Part shown: positions 11,108 to 23,200 of the stretch, one piece after another
Layout: each line of letters begins with the position of its first letter
Numbering within the stretch: the first letter of the stretch is position 1
Assembly: GCA_030390025.1 (NCBI GenBank)
Contig: JASTWF010000035.1
Location: 4,154,001 to 4,218,000 of the forward strand
Origin: Squalus acanthias
Lineage: Eukaryota
Direction: 5' to 3'
DNA length: 64,000 nucleotides
The notes under the pieces: generated by a model
Seen by the model: the letters and a program-made list of their open reading frames with translations, nothing else
Told to the model about the DNA's origin: nothing
The model's database searches: none
Position numbers and translations under genes: made by a program

Positions 11108-11802
11108 TTCTGAAAATGAGGAACGTGGGCAGAGCCTGTGGCCTCCTACCAAATTAACCACCTCCCCGTCACTGTATTGAATTTGCCATCGATACGCCCA
11201 CTCTACTAGCCTGTTTATGTCTTCCTGACGTTTCCCACAGTTACTGCCACCAACGTGGTAACTTGGGAATCCTGCAGATACAGGCAGCTGGAGGCTGGGA
11301 GTGAAGGTGGAGAGCGTGCGTTGTACTGAGAGAACCCAGTTTCAATTCTGTTTCAGTCTGTGTTTCTCTGTCTGCTATCAGAGCTGGACACTCTCAGTAA
11401 ACTGGCTCTGGTTGTTTTTCACAATGGAGGGAAGTTTACAGTGGTGTCCCCAGGGGTCGGGATTAGGGTCACTGCTCTTTCTGATATATATTATCGCCCT
11501 GGACTTGGGTATACACGGCATCATTTCAAAGTTTGCAGATGTCACGAAACTTGGAAATGTAGTAAACAATGAGGAGGATAGTAACAGACTTCAGGAGGAC
11601 AGAGACAGGCTGGTGGAATGGGCGGACACACACACGCAGATGAAATTTAACACAGAGAAGTGTGACGTGATTCATTTTGGTAGGAAGAACGAGGAGAGGC
11701 AATATAAACTAAAGGAAAAGCAAAATACTGCGGATGCTGGAAATCTGAAATAAAAACAGAAAATGCTGGAAATACTCAGCAGGTCAGGCAGCGTCTGTAG
11801 AG

Positions 11803-11831
11803 CTGACGAAGGGTCATCGACCTGAAACATT
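11803..11831 (+). ncRNA. Disrupted minimal hammerhead ribozyme core
   Basis: CTGACGA-AGGGTC-ATC-GACCT-GAAAC-ATT. The 3' strand of stem I is displaced by the MITE. Confidence 0.65.
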
Positions 11832-12571
11832 GGCCCAAAAATTCATCCCGCGACGCGAGAGTACGCACTGCGTACTCTCGCGTATTCTCTCTCCAATTGC
11901 CGGTTTTCTGCATGCCCTGCGCATGTGCTGAAAACCGGCACTTGGTTTTTTGAAAAGGGGGCGGTTCCTCGGTGCATCGCGTGCGCGCTACAGGCTGCGC
12001 GCATGCAGTACACTTAGTGCTTTGGACGCGCAGGTAAGGACGGAAGATTTTAGAAATGGAAAAAGGAGGAGTAAGACCCACTTTTAACAAGGTAAGTAGT
12101 GAATTAAGTATTATTTTGAATTTTTTTTAACACGTATATCTTTTTTAGAGACTTTAAAGACAGGTAAGTTTATTTTTATAACTTTTTAAAAATTTTAAAT
12201 TTTTTCAAAAATTTTATTTTTTATTTAAAATGGTTAATTTATTTAACTATACTTATTTTATTAATGTGATGGTTTTTTTTTAAATTTAATTGAGGTTTAG
12301 CTGTTATTTTGGGGGTGTGTAAGATTCATAGCTTTCACAGCACTTATGTGAAACTTATGAAAGGAAGATGGTGTGCTGCCATTGGCTCTAACTGAGTCAC
12401 GTGATCCCACAGCTCGCACGAATTCACTACGCCGATGGGATACGCAAGCCCAGCACAGCTGATGTCTGGAACATCAAGTTCGTGCGAGCTGGATCTGAAA
12501 AAGCCAACGCGGAGTGAGAGATCGCGGGGAAGCCTTACCCCCGCGTCAACACTGTCTTTAATTTCTGGGCC
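11832..12571. mobile_element. Non-autonomous DNA transposon (MITE, PIF/Harbinger-like)
   Basis: TIRs GGCCCAAAAATT / AATTTCTGGGCC (11/12 match), 3-bp TSD ATT (11829-11831 and 12572-12574), CpG-rich ends with an AT-rich core. Confidence 0.8.
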
Positions 12572-13375
12572 ATTAACTTTGTTTCTCTCTCTACAGATGC
12601 TGCCTGACCTGCTGAGTATTTCCAGCATTTTCTGGTTTTTATTATAAACGAAAGGGTACAATCCTGAAGGGGGTGCATGAACAGAGAGACCTGGGGGTAT
12701 ATGTGCACAAATCATTGAAGGTGGCAGGGCAGGTTGAGAAAGCGGTTAAAAAAGCACTTGGATCCTGGGCTTCATGAATAGAGGCATAGAGTACAAAAGC
12801 AAGGAAGTATGATGAACCTTTATAAAACACTGGTCCGACCTCAGCTGGAGCATTGTGTCCAATTCTGGGCTCCGCACTTTAGGAAGGATGTGAAGGCCTT
12901 AGAGAGGGTGCAGAAAAGATTCACAACAATGATTCCAGGGATGAGGAACTTCAGTTATGTGGATAGACTGAAGAAGCTGGGGTTGTTCTCCTTGGAGCAG
13001 AGAAGGTTGAGAGATTTGATCGAGGTGTTCAACATCATGAGGGGTCTAGACAGAGTAGATAGAGAAAAACTGTTCCCATTGGTGGAAGAATCGAGAACCA
13101 GAGGACACGGATTTAAGGAGATTGGCAGAAGAACCAGAGGCGACCTGAGGAGAAACATTGCGCAGGGAGTTGTTGTGATCTGGAATGCGCTGCCTGAAAG
13201 CAGTTTCAATAACAACTTTCACAAGGAAATTGGATAAATACTTGAGAAAATATTTGCAGGGCTATGGGGAAAGAGCGGGGGCGTGGGACTAATTGGAGAG
13301 CTCTACCAAAGAGCCGGCACAGGCACGATGGGCCGAATGGACTCCTTCTGTGCTGTGTCATTCTATGATTCCATG

Positions 13376-13526
13376 CTGTTCATGGGAGTTTGCTGGGCAG
13401 AAATTGGCTGCCGTGTTTCCAACATTACAACAGTGACTACACCTCAAAAGTACTTCATTGGCTGTAAAGCGCTTTGGGACATCCCGAGATTGTGAAAGGC
13501 GCTGTAGGAATACAAGTCTTTCTTTG
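13376..13526 (+). mobile_element. 3' fragment of a Deu-domain/SacSINE1-like SINE (L2-type tail)
   Basis: ACAGTGACTACACCTCAAAAGTACTTCATTGGCTGTAAAGCGCTTTGGGAC...GAAAGGCGCT...CAAGTCTTTCTTT resembles shark DeuSINE 3' ends; recognised from memory, not by search. Confidence 0.65.
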
Positions 13527-13874
13527 CTAATGTGGAAGGAGGGGATACACTGAGGGGACACAGCTTCCTGTTCAGCCCAGGAGATTCCCCTGTCGATGGC
13601 AGGTGACCGGGAAATGTCACTTTGGGTCAATTCTGTATTACAATCACCAGTACAGTGAAGAGAATGGGCTTTGATGGGTGGGAGAAAGAGAGGAACAGAA
13701 ACTGAGACAAAGTAACGGGCCTGATGGGTTTCACCTGATTCAGCACAAATAAATCAACTCTGGGAGGGACGTGAAACTGAAATCTCAAACCAGTCCGTCA
13801 CGTAAGAGAAGTGAAAGAACACATCAACAATCCTTGTGCAATATAAAACTTCAACTAAACAGTTTTGGGCAAAA

Positions 13875-14230
13875 ACCTCTAGATTTGACTATTCCAACGC
13901 TCTCCTGGCCGGCCTCCCAACTTCCACCCTCCATAAACCTCAACTCATCCAAAACTCGGCTGCCCATGTCCTAACTTGCACCAAGTCCCGTTCATCCATC
14001 ACCCCTGTGCTCGCTGACCTACATTGGCTCCCGGTTAAGCAGCGCCTCGATTTCAAAATTCTCACCTTGTTTTCAAATCCCTCCGTGGCCTCCTCGCCCC
14101 TCCCTATCTCTGTAATCTCCTTCACCACCCCACCACCCCCACCCCCCGAGATATCTGTGCTCCTCTAATTCTGCCCTCTTGAGCATCCCTGATTATAATC
14201 ACTCCACCATTGGTGGCCGTGACTTCAGCG
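13875..14230 (+). mobile_element. L2-clade LINE ORF2 C-terminal fragment
   Basis: SRFDYSNALLAGLP...IQNSAAHVLT...ITPVLADLHWLPVKQRLDFKIL and a downstream GGRxFS motif. Cut off by the 13-bp satellite. Confidence 0.85.
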
Positions 14231-17200
14231 GGCTCAGTGAGTGGGCTCAGTGAGTGGGTTCAGTGAGCGGGTTCGGTGAGTGTGTTCGGTGAGTGGGCTC
14301 GGTGAGTGGGCTCAGTGAGTGGGTTCAGTGAGTGGGTTCAGTGAGTGGGCTCAGTGAGTGGGCTCAGTGAGTGGGTTCAGTGAGTGGGTTCAGTGAGTGG
14401 GTTCAGTGAGCGGGTTCAGTGAGCGGGTTCAGTGAGTGGGTTCGGTGAGTGGGTTCAGTGAGTGGGTTCGGTGAGTGGGTTCAGTGAGCGGGTTCAGTGA
14501 GTGGGTTCGGTGAGTGGGTTCAGTGAGTGGGTTCATTGAGTGGGTTCAGTGAGTGGGTTCGGTGAGTGGGTTCGGTGAGTGGGTTCAGTGAGTGGGCTTA
14601 GTGAGTGGGTTCGGTGAGTGGATTCGGTGAGTGGGTTCAGTGAGTGGGCTCGGTGAGTGGGTTTGGTGAGTGGGCTCGGTGAGTGGGCTCAGTGAGCGGG
14701 TTCAGTGAGTGGGTTCGGTGAGTGGGTTCAGTGAGTGGGTTCAGTGAGTGGGTTCAGTGAGTGGGTTCAGTGAGTGGGTTCGGTGAGTGGGTTCGGTGAG
14801 TGGGTTCGGTGAGTGGGTTCAGTGAGTGGGTTCAGGTGAGTGGGCTCAGTGAGAGGGTTCAGGTGAGTGGGTTCGGTGAGTGGGTTCGGTGAGTGGGTTC
14901 GGTGAGTGGGTTCGGTGAGTGGGTTCGGTGAGTGGGTTCAGTGAGTGGGCTCAGTGAGCGGGTTCAGTGAGTGGGTTCGGTGAGTGGGTTCAGTGAGTGG
15001 GTTCGGTGAGTGGGTTCAGTGAGTGGGTTCAGTGAGTGGGCTCAGTGAGTGGGCTCGGTGAGTGGGTTCGGTGAGTGGGTTCGGTGAGTGGGTTCGGTGA
15101 GTGGGCTTCAGTGAGTGGGTTCGGTGAGTGGGCTCAGTGAGTGGGTTCGGTGAGTGGGTTCGGTGAGTGGGTTCAGTGAGTGGGTTCGGTGAGTGGGCTC
15201 GGTGAGTGGGCTCGGTGAGTGGGTTCGGTGAGTGGGTTCGGTGAGTGGGTTCGGTGAGTGGGTCGGTGAGTGGGCTTCGGTGAGTGGGTTCGGTGAGTGG
15301 GCTCGGTGAGTGGGTTCGGTGAGTGGGTTCGGTGAGTGGCTCGGTGAGTGGGTTCGGTGAGTGGGTTCGGTGAGTGGGCTTCGGTGAGTGGGCTTCGGTG
15401 AGTGGGTTCGGTGAGTGGGCTCGGTGAGTGGGTTCGGTGAGTGGGTTCGGTGAGTGGGCTTCGGTGAGTGGGTTCGGTGAGTGGGTTCGGTGAGTGGGTT
15501 CGGTGAGTGGGTTCGGTGAGTGGGTTCGGTGAGTGGGTTCGGTGAGTGGGCTTCGGTGAGTGGGTTCGGTGAGTGGGTTCGGTGAGTGGGTTCGGTGAGT
15601 GGGTTCGGTGAGTGGGTTCGGTGAGTGGGTTCGGTGAGTGGGTTCGGTGAGTGGGTTCGGTGAGTGGGTTCGGTGAGTGGGTTCGGTGAGTGGGTTCAGT
15701 GAGTGGGTTCAGTGAGTGGGTTCGGTGAGTGGGTTCGGTGAGTGGGTTCGGTGAGTGGGTTCGGTGAGTGGGTTCGGTGAGTGGGTTCGTGAGTGGGTTC
15801 AGTGAGTGGGCTCAGTGAGTGGGTTCAGTGAGTGGGTTCGGTGAGTGGGTTCGGTGAGTGGGTTCGGTGAGTGGGTTCGGTGAGTGGGTTCGGTGAGTGG
15901 GTTCGGTGAGTGGGCTCGGTGAGTGGGTTCGGTGAGTGGGTTCGGTGAGTGGGTTCAGGTGAGTGGGTTCGGTGAGTGGGTTCAGTGAGTGGGTTCAGTG
16001 AGTGGGCTTCGGTGAGTGGGCTCGGTGAGTGGGTTCGGTGAGTGGGTTCGTGAGTGGGTTCGGTGAGTGGGCTTAGTGAGTGGGTTCGGTGAGTGGGCTC
16101 GGTGAGTGGGTTCAGTGAGTGGGTTCGGTGAGTGGGTTCGGTGAGTGGGTTCGGTGAGTGGGTTCGGTGAGTGGGCTCAGTGAGTGGGTTCGGTGAGTGG
16201 GCTCGGTGAGTGGTTCGGTGAGTGGGTTCAGTGAGTGGGTTCGGTGAGTGGGTTCGGTGAGTGGGTTCAGTGAGTGGGTTCGGTGAGTGGGCTCGGTGAG
16301 GGGTTCGGTGAGTGGGTTCAGTGAGTGGGTTCGGTGAGTGGGTTCGGTGAGTGGGTTCAGTGAGTGGGTTCGGTGAGTGGGCTCGGTGAGGGTTCGGTGA
16401 GTGGGTTCAGTGAGTGGGTTCAGTGAGTGGGTTCAGTGAGTGGGTTCAGTGAGTGGGTTCGGTGAGTGGGCTCGGTGAGGGTTCAGTGAGTGGGTTCAGT
16501 GAGTGGGTTCGGTGAGTGGGTTCAGTGAGTGGGTTCGGTGAGTGGGTTCGGTGAGTGGGTTCGGTGAGTGGGTTCGGTGAGTGGGTTCAGTGAGTGGGTT
16601 CGGTGAGTGGGTTCGGTGAGTGGGTTCGGTGAGTGGGTTCGGTGAGTGGGTTCGGTGAGTAGGTTCGGTGAGTGTGTTCGGTGAGTGGGTTCGGTGAGTG
16701 GGTTTGGAGAGTGGGTTCGGTGAGTGGGCTCAGAGAGTGGGTTCGGTGAGTGGGTTCGGTGAGTGGGCTCACTGAGTGGGCTCGGTGAGTGGGCTCGGTG
16801 AGTGGGTTTGGTGAGTGGGTTCGCTGAATGGGTTCGGAGAGTGGGCTTGGTGACTGGGCTCGGTGAGTGGGTTTGGTGACTGGGCTCGGTCAGTGGGATC
16901 GGTGAGTGGGTTCGGTGAGTGGGCTCGGTGAGAGGGTTTGGTGAGTGGGCTCGGTGACCGGGCTCGGTGAGTGGTTTTGGTGACTGGGCTCGGTCAGTGG
17001 GATCGGTGAGTGGGTTCGGTGAGTGGGCTCGGTGAGAGGGTTTGGTGAGTGGGCTCGGTGACCGGGCTCAGTGAGTGGGTTCGGTGAGTGGGCTCGGTGA
17101 GTGGGCTCGGGAAGTGGGCTCGGTGAGTGGGCTCGGTGAGTGGGCTCGGTGAGTGGGCTCGGTGAGTGGGCTCGGTGAGTGGGTTCAGTGAGTGGGTTCG

Positions 17201-20200
17201 GTGAGTGGGCTCGGTGAGTGGGTTCGGTGAGTGGGCTCGGTGAGTGGGCTCGGTGAGTGGGCTCGGTGAGTGGGCTCAGTGAGTGGGCTCGGTCAGTGGG
17301 TTCGGTGAGTGGGCTCGGTCAGTTGGATCAGTGAGTGGGCTCGGTCAGTGGGTTCGGTGAGTGGGCTTAGTGAGTGGGTTCGGTGAGTGGGTTCGGTGAG
17401 TGGGTTCGGTGAGTGGGTTCGGTGAGTGGGTTCGGTGAGTGGGCTCGGTGAGTGGGTTCGGTGAGTGGGTTCGGTGAGTGGGTTCGGTGAGTAGGTTCGG
17501 TGAGTGGGTTCGGTGAGTGGGTTCGGTGAGTGGGCTCGGTGAGTGGGTTCGGTGAGTGGGTTCGGTGAGTGGGTTCAGTGAGTGGGCTCAGTGAGTGGGT
17601 TCAGTGAGCGGGTTCAGTGAGTGGGTTCAGTGAGTGGGCTCAGTGAGTGGGTTCAGTGAGCGGGTTCAGTGAGTGGGTTCAGTGAGTGGGTTCAGTGAGT
17701 GGGTTCGGTGAGTGGGTTCGGTGAGTGGGTTCAGTGAGTGGGTTCAGGTGAGTGGGTCAGTGAGTGGGTCGGTGAGTGGGTTCGGTGAGTGGGTTCGGTG
17801 AGGGCTCGGTGAGTGGGTTCGGTGAGTGGGTTCAGGTGAGTGGGTTCGGTGAGTGGGTTCGGTGAGTGGGTCAGTGAGTGGGTTCGGTGAGTGGGCTCAG
17901 GTGAGTGGGTTCTGGTGAGTGGGTTCGGTGAGTGGGTTCGGTGAGTGGGTCGGTGAGTGGGTTCGGTGAGTGGGTTCGGTGAGTGGGCTCGGTGAGAGGG
18001 TTCGGTGAGTGGGTTCGGTGAGTGGTTCCGGTGAGTGGGTTCGGTGAGTGGGTTCGGTGAGTGGGTTCGGTGAGTGGGTTCGGTGAGTGGGCTCAGAGAG
18101 TGGGTTCGGTGAGTGGGTTCGGTGAGTGGGCTCGGTGAGTGGGCTCGGTGAGTGGGTTCGGTGAGTGGCTCGCTGAGTGGGTTGGTGAGTGGGCTCGGTG
18201 ACTGGGCTCGGTGAGTGGGTTTGGTGACTGGGCTCGGTCAGTGGGATCGGTGAGTGGGTTCGGTGAGTGGCTCGGTGAGAGGGTTTGGTGAGTGGGCTCG
18301 GTGACCGGGCTCGGGTGAGTGGTTTCGGTGACTGGGCTCGGTCAGTGGGATCGGTGAGTGGGTTCGGTGAGTGGGCTCCGGTGAGAGGGTTTGGTGAGTG
18401 GGCTCGGTGACCGGCTCGGTGAGTGGGTTCGGTGAGTGGGCTCGGTGAGTGGGCTCGGGAAGTGGGTTCGGTGAGTGGGCTCGGTGACCGGGCTCGGTCA
18501 GTGGGTTCGGTGTGTGGGTTCGGTGAGTGGGCTCGGTGAGTGGGTTCGGTGAGTGGGCTCGGTCAGTGGGTTCGGTGAGTGGGTTCGGTGAGTGGGTTCG
18601 GTGAGTGGGCACGGTAGTGGGTTCGGTGAGTGGGTTCGTGAGTGGGCTTGGTGAGTGGGTTCGGTGAGTGGGTTCGGTGAGTGGGCTCGGTCAGTGGGTT
18701 CGGTGAGTGGGTTCGGAGAGTGGGCTCGGTCAGTGGGTTCGGTGAGTGGGTTCGGTGAGTGGGTTCGGTGAGTGGGTTGGTGACTGGGTTCGGTGAGTGC
18801 GTTTGGTGAGTGGGTTTGGTGACTGGGTTCAGTGAGTGGGTTTGGTGAGTGGGTTTGGTGACTGGGTTCGGTGAGTGGGCTCGGAGAGTGGGTTCGGTGA
18901 GTGGGTTCGGTGAGTCGGCTTGGTGAGTGGGTTCAGTGAGTGGGTTCGGTGGGTGGGTTTGGTGAGTGGGTTCAGTGACTGGGTTCGGTGAGTGGGCTCG
19001 GTGAATGGGCTCGGTGAGTGGGCTCGATGAGTGGGCTCGGAGAGTGGGTTCGGTGAGTGGGCTCGGTGAGTGGGCTCGGTGAGTGGGCTCGGTGAGTGGG
19101 TTCGGTGAGTGGGCTCGGTGAGTGGGCTCGGTGAGTGGGTTCGGTGAGTGGGCTCGGTGAGTGGGTTGGTGAGTGAGTTCAGTGAGTGGGCTCGGAGAGT
19201 GGGTTCGGTGAGTGGGTTTGGTGAGTGGGTTCGGTGAGTGGGCTCGGTGAGTGGGTTCGGTGAGTGGGCTCGGTGAGTGGGTTCGGTGAGTGGGTTCAGT
19301 GAGTGGGTTCGGTGAGTGGGCTCGGTGAGTGGGTTTGGTGAGTGGGCTCGGTGAGTGGGTTTGGTGAGTGAGTTCAGTGAGTGGGCTCGGAGAGTGGGTT
19401 CGGTGAGTGGGTTTGGTGAGTGGGTTCGGTGAGTGGGCTCGGTGAGTGGGTTCGGTGAGTGGGCTCGGTGAGTGGGTTCGGTGAGTGGGTTCGGTGAGTG
19501 GGTTCGGTGAGTGGGCTCGGTGAGTGGGTTTGGTGAGTGGGCTCGGTGACCGGGCTCGGTGAGTGGGTTCGGTGAGTGGGCTCGGTGAGTGGGTTCGGTG
19601 AGTGGGTCAGTGAGTGGGTTCGGTGAGTGGGCTCGGTGAGTGGGTTTGGTGACTGGGCTCGGTGACCGGGCTCGGTGAGTGGGTTCGGTGAGTGGGCTCG
19701 GTCAGTGGGTTCGGAGAGTGGGTTCGGTGAGTGGGTTCGGTGAGTGGGTTTGGTGAGTGGGTTCAGTGAGTGGGTTCGGTGAGTGGGTTTGGTGACTGGG
19801 TTCAGTGAGTGGGTTCGGTGAGTGGGCTCGGTGAGTGGGTTCGGTGAGTGGGCTCGGTGAGTGGGTTTGGTGAGTGGGTTCGCTGAATGGGTTCGGAGAG
19901 TGGGCTTGGTGACTGGGCTCGGTGAGTGGGTTTGGTGACTGGGCTCGGTCAGTGGGATCGGTGAGTGGGTTCGGTGAGTGGGCTCGGTGAGAGGGTTTGG
20001 TGAGTGGGCTCGGTGACCGGGCTCGGTGAGTGGTTTTGGTGACTGGGCTCGGTCAGTGGGATCGTGAGTGGGTTCGGTGAGTGGGCTCGGTGAGAGGGTT
20101 TGGTGAGTGGGCTCGGTGACCGGGCTCAGTGAGTGGGTTCGGTGAGTGGGCTCGGTGAGTGGGCTCGGGAAGTGGGCTCGGTGAGTGGGCTCGGTGAGTG

Positions 20201-23200
20201 GGCTCGGTGAGTGGGCTCGGTGAGTGGGCTCGGTGAGGGTTCAGTGAGTGGGTTCAGTGAGTGGGCTCGGTGAGTGGGCTCAGTGAGTGGGTTCGGTGAG
20301 TGGGCTCGGTGAGTGGGCTCGGTGAGTGGGCTCGGTGAGTGGGCTCAGTGAGTGGGCTCGGTCAGTGGGTTCGGTGAGTGGGCTCGGTCAGTTGGATCAG
20401 TGAGTGGGCTCGGTCAGTGGGTTCGGTGAGTGGGCTTAGTGAGTGGGTTCGGTGAGTGGGTTCGGTGAGTGGGTTCGGTGAGTGGGTTCGGTGAGTGGGT
20501 TCGGTGAGTGGGCTCGGTGAGTGGGTTCGGTGAGTGGGTTCGGTGAGTGGGTTCGGTGAGTAGGTTCGGTGAGTGGGTTCGGTGAGTGGGTTCGGTGAGT
20601 GGGCTCGGTGAGTGGGTTCGGTGAGTGGGTTCGGTGAGTGGGTTCAGTGAGTGGGCTCAGTGAGTGGGTTCAGTGAGCGGGTTCAGTGAGTGGGCTCAGT
20701 GAGTGGGTTCGGTGAGTGGGTTTGGTGACTGGGTTCAGTGAGTGGGCTCAGTGAGTGGGCTCGGTGAGTGGATTTGGTGAGTGGGTTCGGTGAGTGGGCT
20801 CGGTGAGTGGGTTCGGTGAGTGGGTTCGGTGACCGGACTCGGTGAGTGGGTTCGGTGAGTGGGTTCGGTGACCGGGCTCGGTGACTGGGCTCGATGAGTG
20901 GGTTCGGTGACCGGGCTCGGTGAGTGGGCTCGGTGAGTGGGTTCGGTGACTGGGTTCGGTGAGTGGGCTCAGTGAGTGGGTTCGGTGAGTGGGCTCGGTG
21001 AGTGGGCTCGGAGATTGGGTCGGTGAGTGGGCTCGGTGAGTGGGTTCGGTGAGTGGGTTCGGTGAGTGGGCTCGGTGACTGGGTTCGGTGACTGGGTTCG
21101 GTGAGTGGGCTCGGTGACCGGGCTCGGTGAGCGGGTTTGGTGAGTGGGTTCGGTGAGTGCGCTCGGTCAGTAGGCTCGGACAGTGGGCTCGGTGAGTGGG
21201 CTCACTGAGTGGGCTCGGTGAGTGGGTTTGGTGAGTGGGTTCGCTGAATGGGTTCGGAGAGTGGGCTCGGTGACTGGGCTCGGTGAGTGGGTTTGGTGAC
21301 TGGGCTCGGTCAGTGGGATCGGTGAGTGGGTTCGGTGAGTGGGCTCGGTGAGAGGGTTTGGTGAGTGGGCTCGGTGACCGGGCTCGGTGAGTGGTTTTGG
21401 TGACTGGGCTCGGTCAGTGGGATCGGTGAGTGGGTTCGGTGAGTGGGCTCGGTGAGAGGGTTTGGTGAGTGGGCTCGGTGACCGGGCTCGGTGAGTGGGT
21501 TCGGTGAGTGGGCTCGGTGAGTGGGCTCGGGAAGTGGGTTCGGTGAGTGGGCTCGGTGACCGGGCTCGGTCAGTGGGTTCGGTGAGTGGGTTCGGTGAGT
21601 GGGCTCGGTGAGTGGGTTCGGTGAGTGGGCTCGGTCAGTGGGTTCGGTGAGTGGGTTCGGTGAGTGGGTTCGGTGAGTGGGCACGGTCAGTGGGTTCGGT
21701 GAGTGGGTTCGGTGAGTGGGCTTGGTGAGTGGGTTCGGTGAGTGGGTTCGGTGAGTGGGCTCGGTCAGTGGGTTCGGTGAGTGGGTTCGGAGAGTGGGCT
21801 CGGTCAGTGGGTTCGGTGAGTGGGTTCGGTGAGTGGGTTCGGTGAGTGGGTTTGGTGACTGGGTTCGGTGAGTGCGTTTGGTGAGTGGGTTTGGTGACTG
21901 GGTTCATGAGTGGGTTTGGTGAGTGGGTTTGATGACTGGGTTCGGTGAGTGGGCTCGGAGAGTGGGTTCGGTGAGTGGGTTCGGTGAGTCGGCTTGGTGA
22001 GTGGGTTCTGTGAGTGGGTTCGGTGGGTGGGTTTGGTGAGTGGGTTCAGTGACTGGGTTCGGTGAGTGGGCTCGGTGAATGGGCTCGGTGAGTGGGCTCG
22101 ATGAGTGGGCTCGGAGAGTGGGTTCGGTGAGTGGGCTCGGTGAGTGGGCTCGGTGAGTGGGCTCGGTGAGTGGGTTCGGTGAGTGGGCTCGGTGAGTGGG
22201 CTCGGTGAGTGGGTTCGGTGAGTGGGCTCGGTGAGTGGGTTTGGTGAGTGAGTTCAGTGAGTGGGCTCGGAGAGTGGGTTCGGTGAGTGGGTTTGGTGAG
22301 TGGGTTCGGTGAGTGGGCTCGGTGAGTGGGTTCGGTGAGTGGGCTCGGTGAGTGGGTTCGGTGAGTGGGTTCAGTGAGTGGGTTCGGTGAGTGGGCTCGG
22401 TGAGTGGGTTTGGTGAGTGGGCTCGGTGAGTGGGTTTGGTGAGTGAGTTCAGTGAGTGGGCTCGGAGAGTGGGTTCGGTGAGTGGGTTTGGTGAGTGGGT
22501 TCGGTGAGTGGGCTCGGTGAGTGGGTTCGGTGAGTGGGCTCGGTGAGTGGGTTCGGTGAGTGGGTTCAGTGAGTGGGTTCGGTGAGTGGGCTCGGTGAGT
22601 GGGTTTGGTGACTGGGCTCGGTGACCGGGCTCGGTGAGTGGGTTCGGTGAGTGGGCTCGGTGAGTGGGTTCGGTGAGTGGGTTCAGTGAGTGGGTTCGGT
22701 GAGTGGGCTCGGTGAGTGGGTTTGGTGACTGGGCTCGGTGACCGGGCTCGGTGAGTGGGTTCGGTGAGTGGGCTCGGTCAGTGGGTTCGGAGAGTGGGTT
22801 CGGTGAGTGGGTTCGGTGAGTGGGTTTGGTGACTGGGTTCAGTGAGTGGGTTCGGTGAGTGGGTTTGGTGACTGGGTTCAGTGAGTGGGTTTGGTGAGTG
22901 GGCTCGGTGAGTGGGCTCGGTGAGTGGGCTCGGTGAGTGGGTTCGGTGAGTGGGCTCGGTGAGTGGGTTCGGTGAGTGGGCTCGGAGAGTGGGTTCGGTG
23001 AGTGGGCTCGGTGAGTGGGTTCAGTGAGTGGGTTCGGTGAGTGGGCTCGGTGAGTGGGCTCGGTGAGTGGGTTCGGTGAGTGGGCTCGGAGAGTGGGTTC
23101 GGTGAGTGGGTTTGGTGAGTGGGTTCGGTGGGTGGGCTCGGTGAGTGGGTTCGGTGAGTGGGCTCGGTGAGTGGGTTCGGTGAGTGGGTTCAGTGAGTGG

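Larger units (their letters stand above)
11716..12642. mobile_element. Short Penelope-derived insertion (inverted pLTR pair), itself interrupted by a MITE
   Basis: The left arm (AAAATGCTGGAAATACTCAGCAGGTCAGGCAGCGTCTGTAGAG) is the inverse of the right arm (CTCTACAGATGCTGCCTGACCTGCTGAGTATTTCCAGCATTTT), and both match the pLTR at 37385-37520. TSD TATAAACTAAAGG (11703-11715) / TATAAACGAAAGG (12643-12655). Confidence 0.85.
11423..13375 (+). mobile_element. 5'-truncated CR1 family B copy, interrupted at 11716-12642
   Basis: PQGSGLGSLLF...KFADVTK...HFGRKNEERQYKLK|GTILKG...LEHCVQFWAPHF. Tail ATTCTATGATTCCATG ends at 13375. Confidence 0.92.

Noticed and set aside
9363..11180. Long ORFs of 466-605 aa
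   Set aside because: Translations of the stop-free 22-bp repeat, open in all three frames.
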